A stretch of 38,553 nt of DNA, taken from the NCBI RefSeq assembly GCF_000143415.4, contig NW_003314300.1, forward strand, positions 549,720-588,272. The letters run 5' to 3'. A model generated the notes under the pieces. The model was not told where the DNA came from and did no database searches. It was given only the letters and a program-made list of their open reading frames with translations. Shown here one piece after another: positions 22,950 to 33,140 of the stretch. A program made the translations under genes and the position numbers. This stretch comes from Selaginella moellendorffii. Taxonomy: Eukaryota > Plantae > Lycopodiophyta. The first letter of the stretch is position 1. Each line of letters starts with the position of its first letter.

Positions 22950-24340
22950 TTAGTCTAAGGATTGCAATTAGGCATTTATGGATTTCAAAAAGTTGTTGAC
23001 GATTCTTTTATATCCTAATTACACTCAACCTTTTATTTTTTTGATATTGGTCTCAAGATGTATTGATGTAAGAGAACATAAATGTGGTTAGTTAGAATCA
23101 TCCCATTGTATATATTAGCTGTACATTACAACCAAGAGAGGTGAATTACTCTATGATATAAGGAATGTTTAGTAGTAGTTTGGGGTTTTGAAAAGCTTTA
23201 TACATACTTACATAATTCTCAAACATTATTATAAAATGATTATGTTGCAATTACTCTATTATTGAAGTGGAAGAGCTTGGTTGATCATATTGTTTGGTAA
23301 ATTCTAAAACTTAGATATATGATTTGAGGTTATTTATTGCTCAAGGAGTTCTATGGCTAATGCTAATACCTTTTCTTGAACTCCTCTCCCTTCTTCACTT
23401 TCTTCTTGTATTCATGACAAGTATGTTATTTTAGCATTAGTGGATTTTATAGAGGAGGATTTTATGCTATCGACTGTTACTATACTTGATATTTAATGTT
23501 CACAAGGTGTAGAACAAGATTTATATTTTTTTGACAAGGTTCGTGAGACTAAAAAAATTGAGTTGTGGATTTGAAAGTTTTATAATGGATTTAAAAATCT
23601 TGCTCACTTGTTGATTACTTGCTATTTTGGTATTTACATTTTTAATATCACCTTAAGGATAACTTTCTTTATTTTGTGGGAATTAATCATAATAATCATT
23701 TATGTGGTGGTGCTTTTAATTTTTATTCCATACTTTCTCCACACCTACCATAACTTCACTATTCTTGATAGGTATATGGGACATTGTCGTATGATTGAGA
23801 AGCTACACAAGTTTTTCTATTGGTTATAGATGCAATATGATATTATCATGTATATACATAGATGCATTTAGTGCTAAACTCATAATACTCCTTGGAAGAA
23901 TGATTGGAGTGAATTTTGGTTTTTTGTTCAATTGAGTTAATGGTGTTTGATTTGATAGGTTTCACAATCAACTACTAGAGATGAATATATTATTATTGCT
24001 TCTAACTACTTGACTCACTTAGTGGAAATTGAGACTATTATTAGATATTTCCTCCTTAATTGAATGGTGTTTCATCATTCTTATTCAAAACAAATTCTCT
24101 CATGTAATAGTCCTATATTTATAGTTGAAACATTTCACATCCTAATGTCTTGGTTGGGGATATGTCACATTTTCATAAGTGTGTATCATTTACAAATAAA
24201 TGATCATTTAAAGGAATAACCGTAAGGTATGTGAACTTTTAACATTCAGATTGGTATAGCTATTTACTATCTCTCTAGTATGCATATGTTAAGAGGGTGG
24301 AAAGTTCTATTGGTGCTTCACCATATAAACTTTTATATTA
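22950..24340 (+). mobile_element. Highly decayed Ty3/gypsy pol remnant (RNase H-integrase), copy 1
   Basis: Integrase Zn-finger-like GHCRMIEKLHKFFYWL*MQYDIIMYIHRCI*C (~23780); core-like YIIIASNYLTH and LGICHIFISVYHLQIND (~24155, cf. YHPQTNG); IGASPYKLLY. Confidence 0.75.
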
Positions 24341-24429
24341 TCATGATCTGATATTATTAATAGAGTTGAATTTACCTTTTACAATTGCTACAAGCTACTG
24401 ATGTTAGGATTAGTATTTGATGAGCATTC

Positions 24430-25545
24430 TTCCATTGGAGTTTATTGAACACTTAGGATATATATAAGTGGGAAGATAATAATGCTACAACTCCTATCAT
24501 TGTTCACCTCCTCATCATGCATACTTCTATAATTCTTACAAGTTGTTAAAAATGATTATGCTACAGTCATTTCATTATTGAAGTAGAAGAACTTGGTTGA
24601 TCATACTATTTAATGGGCTTTGAAACTTAAGATATATAAATCACCATACTTGATGTTGGTGCTCTTTTTTGAACTCCTTTCCTTTCTTCCTTCTCTTCTC
24701 CTATTCTTGATGGACTTATTGTTTTAGGATCAATGATTTTTCGACGAGGACATTATGCCATTAATGATTATTGTATTTGATATTCAATATCCATAAGATG
24801 TTAAGATAGATTTACCTTTTCTTGATAATGTTCATGAAGTTTAAAAGGTTGAGCCATGGATCTTAAGGTTTTATGATAGGTTTGAGAATTCTACATCACT
24901 TGCTAATGATTTGCCATTGTGATATTGACATTCTTAATATTGCCTTGAGGATGACTTTATTTTATTTATGGGGATTAATTGTGATGCACATCTAGGTGTC
25001 TTTGATCTTTATTTCACACTTTCTTCATGTTTACCATGACTCTTTGATTCTAAATAGGTATATAGAACATCATTATATGACTGAGAAGCTTTGCAAGTCT
25101 TTTTATTAGTTGGAGATGCAACGTGATATTATTTGGTATGTGTATAGTTACATTTGGTGCTAAGCTTGTAACTTCTTCTTTAGGTTTCCCCACACGTGCC
25201 AACTAACCTATAAACGATCAACCATCTCCTTATTACTCAATCTACATTAGCTAGGAGTAGAATGGGTTTTGATATGCCACTTCTGAATGGCTAGATTGCT
25301 AGAAACACAGAAAATACTCCTCTCAATGGAATGACAAATGGAGTCAATTGTAGATTCCTATTTATTTATGTTAGTGGTGTTTGATAGCAAACACCACTAA
25401 CAAATTTCTATATCAACTACTAAAAATGAAAATGCCATTATTACTTTTGACTACTTGACTTATTGAAAAGAAATTTATGCTCTTACTAGTGCATTTGTGA
25501 TTGTTTTTAAACACTTTCTCCTCAATCAAGTGGTGTTCCACCATT
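24430..25545 (+). mobile_element. Highly decayed Ty3/gypsy pol remnant, copy 2 (related to 23230-24080)
   Basis: aaaatgattatg..ca...attattgaagt.gaaga.cttggttgatcata at ~23233 and ~24548; the Zn-finger region recurs at ~25060-25165. Confidence 0.7.
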
Positions 25546-25820
25546 TTTGGCTATAGTAGATTTTCTCAGACAATGGTCTTATATTTATGGCTAACGTGTG
25601 AGATAGTGGTAGTCAAAAGGGTGCCACGTGGTAGTGGCTGAAGCAGAAGCCATAAGCATAACACATTTGGACTAAAAGCTTTGACTTGGATAGTCGAGAG
25701 TGGGAGTGGAACTCCCAACGAAGTGCTCAAAGAACGAGCACAAAGAAGTAGTAAGTGAGTCTCTAGAAAAGGGATATAAGAGGACCAATACATGACACAT
25801 GAAAGTGACAAGACGAAGTT

Positions 25821-26090
25821 TGAGATGGAGTCCGAGAAGGAATCCGAGATGGACTCGAGATAGAGTCCGAGATGGAGTCCAAGATGGATCCGAGATGGAC
25901 TCAAAATAGAGTCTGAGATGGACTCAAGATGGAGTTCAAGATGAACCCGAGATGGAATCTGAGATGGACCTAAGATGGAACCGAGATGGAGTCCAAGATG
26001 GAGTCCAAGGTCAAGTTTGAGATGGACCTGCGATAGAGTCTGAGGTTAAGGCCAAGATAGAGACCGAGACTAAGACTGAGACCGAGTTTG
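25821..26090. repeat. Degenerate 11-12 bp minisatellite (GAGATGGA(G)TCC)n, ~20 units
   Basis: gagatggagtcc, gagatggactc, aagatggagtcc etc. in tandem; it accounts for the low-complexity ORF 25566..25904. Confidence 0.9.
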
Positions 26091-27162
26091 AATCCAAGTC
26101 CGGATTCAAAGCTAAGGGTGAAAGCCCAAAGCATTCATCTCCTAGACCCTAGGGGGTTTTGTGAACTCCAAAAGTATAGTAGGGGAAATACTCCAATGGA
26201 GCCAATTTGGCTAGGAAAGGCCAATGTGACCAAGGAAGGCATACCCACGTGTTGGGTGATGATATATCTACTAAAGAGTTTAAGGCTAGAGTGAATACGG
26301 ACAGATAAGTGGGGTAACTTAATAAAGTGTTTAAAAGTTGATTTTAGCTCCTCCAGAGGATTAAATGGTTGATGCTCTCAATCCAAGTGTGGGTGGCACT
26401 ACCTACTTGGATACTTGGAGTGTTTCATCAGAACCTCACTCTAGCCACATAGCTAGGGCACCAAAAGGCAGAAGGTGGGGAGAGTACCCACGAGATTTGC
26501 GTTAGGTCACGATGTTTCAAAATGTTGTTCCAAAGTCCCAAACTATAGAAAGGAAGAGGATAATTCCTCTTGTGTAGTGATTAAGAATGTAGTCATGTGG
26601 CAAGGAAGTCCTAGAGCCTTCAAGCATTGATCTAGTGATAGTGTTGGCGAATATGGCTAAGGACAAAAAGGGATTTAATGGGGACTAAAAAAGGGATGTT
26701 AGGGAAGGTTATTCCTTATGTCTCTGGGCATTTTAAGGGTGCTAAGGTGTAGTCAAGGGATGACCACTCATGGACAGATGGCCTAGTCTTTAAGAGACGG
26801 GACTGTGATGTAAGTGGTGTTAGACTACTGATGTGATAAGGGTGAATAGGCATAGCCTTAGTGTAACGGGCCGATATGTCAGTGGTATATTTGGGTATCA
26901 ATAATAGGATCAGACACATAGAGCACTTGGGGTTGAGTGGCATAGATGCCATTCACAGGGCTAACAAGTCTTTAAGTCCGGAATAAGATTTATGAAGGTT
27001 ATGAGTGAGACTCCTCCAAGTGGTCGAGGTGTGGTCAAGCTTATGCATGATGTTAGTGGTGTACTTTTCAATATAGTTAATATTTCAATATAGTTTAGAC
27101 CCTTATCACTATAGAGTTTCTATAGATGATAAGTATGGATTAAGAGATAATCAAAGCTCTGG

Positions 27163-27848
27163 CCTCTAAACTTTGGCCTCTACACAACTCTTTTCTAATG
27201 TAGCAAAGAATTAGGGTGGTCCTTAAGAATCTTGTAATAATTCTGGCCTAGTCTAGGAAGAGAGTTATAACAATATCAGAGTGTATATTGTGGAGTTAGG
27301 ATCTCACATATATAATCTTGGATTAATGGAATAAAAATGTTCTAAATACAAATCTAAAAAGGAAAAGGATATCAATGTTCTTACTTTTTTGTAATTAATT
27401 TTTATATAACTATATTTAATCCAGATTTAATTTAAGATATTACATCTGTCTTTAATCATTAAGATATTATGAATATTTATTTTTAACTTCCTAAAAAAAC
27501 TAGAAATTGTTATTTATAGTATACTTTATCTCTCTCCCTTTAATCCAATTGAAAAGGGAGTAAAGGTTTGATAAAAAGCCCTTAGTGGCTATTTTATTCC
27601 TATTTTTCTCTCAAGAGTCCATAGTGATGGTATATTTAAATCTCATCCTATAATCAAATGTGTTATATGATTATATTTTTTTTATGAATTATTTATTTTT
27701 TAAGAAATGGAAAAAATTAAAGAAAGTTGACAGAGCATTGACATAGATATCTTATAATGTTCTAGAAATGCTTATAATCTATAACAGTAGCAATCCAAAA
27801 TCTAACATTATAAATTTCTTATAGCCAACACTGAGGGTTTAGAGAAAA
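27163..27848. repeat. AT-rich dispersed repeat, copy B
   Basis: Collinear with 14713-15380. Confidence 0.9.
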
Positions 27849-27949
27849 TGCATTACTTAGATCATAATCTGAGATCAATGTCAAACAATAGAAGAAGTCA
27901 AGGTAGATGTTAATCATCTTCAAATGGCCTCTACAGTAAAAAGTTATGG

Positions 27950-28560
27950 AGCAAGAGCTTTGCATTGGCTTTACCATCAATAAGGTCTAGACTTACTCCA
28001 TGATTCTATTTTTGACATTATGCATACTATTGCTTTGCAAGATATAAACAATATGATATGGAAGAAAATCTGAGAGGCTAAGAAGGAAGCAATTGCAAAG
28101 GAGCACCTTCATCTAATGTTGCAAAAGTGGTCCTTAAGCATGAAAGTTGGGTAGACTGCCAGAAAGACCTTTGGAACACTTAGCTTTCTGGAAAGCATCT
28201 GAGCATCGACAATTTTCAATGGTATGGTGATTATGTTTTTAGAAAACTTCTAGGACCCAGATGATCTTAAGCTTATACAAATAAGCACTAATATTACAAC
28301 GATTTTTTTTTTACTTTAGATGAGACTATGGTTGGAATGTTGAATAATTGTTAGTTTTGAACTATTTATTATCAGCATAGAGAGTGTTATAAGTAAAATG
28401 TTTTGGTGATAACAAGAAGATACTCCATTATGTTTTTGGAGATGGGCATATGGTTCAAGATATATTTTATATTGGACCACATGATGCAACATGGTGCTAC
28501 ATATATCAGAGAATGTCTGGTGATATTAACATATGAAGACAAAGTATAAGCAAATAGACA
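27950..28560 (+). mobile_element. CACTA/En-Spm (CMC superfamily)-like transposase remnant
   Basis: Ordered motifs DLLHDSIFDIMHTIAL (DxMH), RLPERPLEHLAFWKASEHRQF (WKAxE) and GPHDATWCYIYQRM (cf. GP....W.Y..ER), disrupted by stops and frameshifts. Confidence 0.65.
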
Positions 28561-30594
28561 TTAAATATCATTTCTAATTCCTTTTTTTCTAGGTTTTCTT
28601 ATACTAGAGTACAAGCTTTGCTCTTTAAAGATTATGATCATATTCTTCCTCCAGTTGTAAAAAGCTTGCATGAAGTTAAAAATACAAATTGATACTTAAG
28701 TAAGTAAACACTTTCTTTCTCTACAATGTTTTCAATCTTTTTTCCATAGGATATATTGGAGCATTCTGCCAAGAATTAAATAAAGCTTTATTTGCTAAGG
28801 CTCCAAACTCTGATTGGGACGATCTGATAAAGGAGAAGGGAATTCTTATTGGCAAGGGATTTAATTGACCTAATGCAATTGTGGGATTTAACAATATAAC
28901 TGAGGATGTGTTGTCCAGTGACAAAGTTCAAATTTATTTTGGCAGTGGGATATATCTTTGGAGGCTCAAATGTTCATATGGTAGAGAAGAATCCAGCTTG
29001 GGGAGAACTTCCTTGGATTGGGAAGTTTAAATATACTTCTGTTTCTAAGTTTGAACAAAGCTACAAAATAAAACATGTTTTATTTATTTTATGTATCTTT
29101 TGTATTCTTTTGGAAGTTTACTTTGTAGTAGATTATTTTTGTTATGAAATAATGAATGGTCATCCAAAAAAATGTGAGTTTTCAAGTATACATTTGCTTG
29201 CAAGTGCAATGTATAAGTTTGGTGTTAATTGAATTCAACCTGTTGAGCTCATAGAGTGTGTGGTTTCAATCCAAGATGGAAAACGGTGTGGACTTCAAAT
29301 TTTTTAGGGGTAAAAACCTCAAGGTTACCAAGTAGGCTTAGGGAACATTGTTGTAATATAGCCAAAAGCTCATGATATTCTTCAAGTGAGAACTTGTGAA
29401 GTTTAATATGTCTATGTTGATCATGTTTTTTATGCAGAGAGGAAGGTCCAAATCATCTTGCTGCAACACATGAAAGGCTTGCCTAAAACCATTTATGCAC
29501 TTACATATCAAAATTGGCAAAGGCTATCTTGGGATGTATTGATTAGAATCATTGATGCAGGTAGGCTAGAACTTGATAGTGTAATATTAATAATTTGCTG
29601 CACATTGCTTCTTACTCCTATTTCCATTTTCTCTCTATCTCCTAGTTTTTATATCCTTTACCCTCTATCTATGTGCAATACTTGGGCCATTCTTTTCCAC
29701 CTTGTAAGCTGGGTTTTGCTGCATCAGAGCTGTAGGTATAAATTTATATATTATTCCAAGCTCTCCCAAGAGCATACTACTTAGATCGCAATCTAGCTGC
29801 TGGAGGCAGAATAGAAAGCTAGGCAAATTCGTTTCGAGGCTTGGTCACAAATGTTTGGCCTGATTTTAAGCACTGGCTACATCAATCTCTCACCTCATGA
29901 GAGATTGTTTGAAGACTTGCTAGGGGAGCAGGTATCTTCAGGTCCATGGCCCGTGGAAGTCTCTCGCAATGGGTAAACTTTGTGCCTCACCACCAATGCC
30001 TTTGACCACCTCAGAGCTGATGTTTCCAACAATTTATCAAGGCATTTGATCAAACAGGTATTTGGCTTCATCGATTTGCCCCGCTTGAGCATTTGAGCAG
30101 GTATGTTTTCAGGCATCCAAAAAGTTCATTGTGGAAGCTCATTATAGGTCAAACATCCCTTGGACGCCTTATAGACCACTTGGCCAAGCTGTCATATATT
30201 TGGCAAATCATAATATTCAACACAACTCATCTTATAATCACCAAAGTCATTTCCCTGGTTTTTGTTCTAGTTGCTTTGTTTTCTTGACCTGGTCTAGACT
30301 GACCATGGAAAAGCAGGTCCTTCTGAGCTATCAGCTCACCCTCTTCCTCCATGTGAGCAAAGGATTTTAAGATATTTTAGTATTAACAAAAACAAGGAAT
30401 ATTCTCAAAGCTAGTCATAAATTAATTAGTTTTTTACGTATATTTGTTAAAGTAAGCAAAAGGAAGATTCTTGAATAAACTTATTCTTTGAGATAGTTTC
30501 AGAAAATTGGATACATCCACGCAAGGAAAAGGAAAAATCCGAGTGTGCTCGTGGCTAGCACCACCGATCCGACTGGCACTGGATTTCGACCTCC

Positions 30595-30813
30595 TCAGCT
30601 TGGACTGCGGGCTGGAAATTCACATCGAAGACGACCGGCAAGCTTGCGAGAAACGAGACGATGGTCGATACGATTCCCATCCAGTAAGCCCACGTGCGAG
30701 ACAGAAAGAGCCTGGTCAAAGACGGAGCTGGGGACGATGCTCTCCACGAAAATCCGGGCAATCAAAATCCCAGAAGCAAGCACAAGCAAGAGAGAAACGA
30801 AGCTCATTCTCAT
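30595..30813 (-). CDS. Candidate small secreted peptide precursor (72 aa)
   Basis: MRMSFVSLLLVLASGILIA signal-like N-terminus, an RKL motif, a GA-rich leader, and minus-strand CTATAAAAG at ~31028-31020, within a CpG-retaining island. Confidence 0.4.
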   Translation of the reverse strand: MRMSFVSLLLVLASGILIARIFVESIVPSSVFDQALSVSHVGLLDGNRIDHRLVSRKLAGRLRCEFPARSPS

Positions 30814-31392
30814 TCTCGCTCGCTCTCTCTCTCGTTCTTTTTTTTTTCATTTTAGGGATTTCTGCAACCGGGAGTGCGGGCTACCCCACCTCGGAGGAAA
30901 GGACTCGGCTATCTTCTGAATCGTGCTCGATCGAGGCAATGCAGGTGAAATATACGCTCTTGTACTCCGACATCTTCCAATCCAGAAAAGCCTCCTCGCT
31001 CTCTCCGGTAAGAGTTTTCCTTTTATAGTCTTTAGCCCACACCGTGCCAAGAGCTTCTCCAGCTCTCGTAGTCTGTCCCTTTGGGATCTTTGCGTTCTTC
31101 AGTTTTTTGGGTGTGTTGTGGCGAGTTTCTTACTTGATTTCACGGTTTTTTCCAGGACGTCCCTACGTATATCAACTCTTGGTGAAAACTAAGAAAAAAG
31201 TTGGAAGGCAAGCAGTTTGGAGTTTGCTTATTTGCCTGGTATAAATGAATAACTTAAAATTTATTTTATATTAGTGATATAACATTAAATTAAAAAATAT
31301 CTTAGAATATACTTGAAGATTTTAATATATACCCAGTTAACTTCTAACATATGATTTTCAGATTGAAAAGTAACAATGCATCCGTGTATCCA

Positions 31393-31462
31393 CAGCTTCT
31401 TCCTATTCCATAAAATATTATACATGTCGCAGCTTCTTCCTCTATTCCATAAAATATTATAC
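31393..31462. repeat. Short tandem duplication (~31-33 bp, period 37) in the UGT upstream region
   Basis: cagcttcttcct(ct)attccataaaatattatac occurs twice. Confidence 0.85.
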
Positions 31463-31682
31463 GGACTGTCGTTTTCTGGAAGTCCACCACGTATGGGCCA
31501 CGAGGCGAAATTGTGATGTCTGCTGCCACCTTGCAGTATACCAGTTATGTTGAGTAAAGGAAAATGAACAGATATAATAACAACTATGACTCAAGAAAAA
31601 TCAAGTGATTGTATGGTTGATTGCTTCTATCTTCTACTACATGCTTGATCTGATACCATTCTTGGCAAGTTGAGAGAGGGAT

Positions 31683-33140
31683 ATGTCTACAGCAGAAGGA
31701 GGAGAAGCAGGACGGCGTCACTTGGTTGTTCTTCCTCTATCGGCTTACGGCCATACCATTCCAGCTCTCCTGCTCGCAGATCGGTTATTGAATCTCGGCT
31801 ATGAAATCACTTACATCTGCCCAGAGTACAGGATGAAGCAGCTTCTGCAGCAATCCAAAGCCCGAGGGTGCAGCCAGGAAATCAGATTCAAGACGCTCAA
31901 GAGGACGAATCCAGTCGCCGGCAAATCGGAGCTGAGCGTGCACGACACAATCCAGATTCTAGCCTCGGTCATACTCGACTACCATGAGAATTCAAAGGAG
32001 CTCAAGGAAATCATGGAAGAGCTCTTCATCTGCGGAGGAACTCCGCCGAGCTGCATCATTTGCGACGCTGTTGTGTCGCTCTGGGCTCAAGATGTAGCCA
32101 ACGAATTCAAGATACCCTGGATTCTGTTCTTCGCATCGCCGGCTCTGGCACTGACGCTCGTGTTCTACACGAGATATCTGAAAGAGCAAGGGGAAGTGCC
32201 AGTTGAGAAGATGATCGAGATTCCTGGGATGGAAAATTCGGGGCTTTCTCTTGTGCATCCCGATGAGAATTGCGTTCCGAGGGATGATCTGGGATCTGAT
32301 GCTTTTGAGTTCTTCTTGGAGAGTTGCCTCAAGATCCATGATGCGGTTGGAGTTATGTGCAACACGATGGTGGAGCTTGAAGCTGATGCATGCAAGGCAC
32401 TAGAGGAGAACAGGCTGATCAATCCCAACAATGTCCCATTCGCGGCGATTGGACCTCTCTTGCCAAGATCATGCTTGGAAGAATCAGAATCAGATCAAAC
32501 ATTTGAAGAAAATGAAGCATTCGAAGGAGCTGAGAAGAAGGATGCTTGTTTGAAGTGGCTTGATCAACAAACTGAAGCTTCAGTCGTGTACATCTCGCTG
32601 GGCAGCTTGGGGGAGGCGTCTGCGGAGCAAGTGAAGGAATTTGCATTCGGGCTTGAAGCGAGCAGGAAGGGATTCTTGTGGGTTTTGCCAGGCGATGGGG
32701 TTGAGAGCTTGCCAGATGGATTCTTAGAAACAGCAACAGGAATTGCTGTAAACAACAGGGGATTTGTGCTGCGGACTTGGGCTCCTCAGCTGCAGGTGCT
32801 CAAGCACAGAGCGACTGGAGGATTCTTAACTCACTGTGGATGGAATTCAACTCTGGAAAGCATGAGCCATGGTGTGCCTATGATCACCATGCCTTTCTTC
32901 ACGGAGCAAGGAGGGAATGCGAAGATGATCGTGGAGTATTTCAAAATCGGAGTGAGGCTCCCGAAAGATGAGAGTGGAGTGATCACAAGGCACACGATTG
33001 AAGTAGCTGTGAGGGAAGTCATTGAGAACGATGCAATGAGGAAGCGAGCTGCAGAACTGAAGCAAGTCGTACGAGCCACTGCAAAAGCTCCTCCATTGAA
33101 AACGAAGGCCTTCCTTGAACAGATTTTGAATAAATACTAA
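31683..33140 (+). CDS. Family-1 UDP-glycosyltransferase (485 aa, intronless)
   Basis: N-terminal HLVVLPLSAYGHTIP (catalytic His), CIICD (Asp), and PSPG box WAPQLQVLKHRATGGFLTHCGWNSTLESMSHGVPMITMPFFTEQ. Confidence 0.97.
   Translation: MSTAEGGEAGRRHLVVLPLSAYGHTIPALLLADRLLNLGYEITYICPEYRMKQLLQQSKARGCSQEIRFKTLKRTNPVAGKSELSVHDTIQILASVILDYHENSKELKEIMEELFICGGTPPSCIICDAVVSLWAQDVANEFKIPWILFFASPALALTLVFYTRYLKEQGEVPVEKMIEIPGMENSGLSLVHPDENCVPRDDLGSDAFEFFLESCLKIHDAVGVMCNTMVELEADACKALEENRLINPNNVPFAAIGPLLPRSCLEESESDQTFEENEAFEGAEKKDACLKWLDQQTEASVVYISLGSLGEASAEQVKEFAFGLEASRKGFLWVLPGDGVESLPDGFLETATGIAVNNRGFVLRTWAPQLQVLKHRATGGFLTHCGWNSTLESMSHGVPMITMPFFTEQGGNAKMIVEYFKIGVRLPKDESGVITRHTIEVAVREVIENDAMRKRAAELKQVVRATAKAPPLKTKAFLEQILNKY

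Noticed and set aside
25821-26090. Repeat array as a CRISPR
   Set aside because: Contiguous 11-12 bp units without unique spacers, no cas genes, eukaryotic context.
30560-30610. CLE peptide call for RSPS*GGRNP
   Set aside because: Spacing does not fit RxxPxGPxPxH, the terminal His/Asn is missing, and there is an internal stop.
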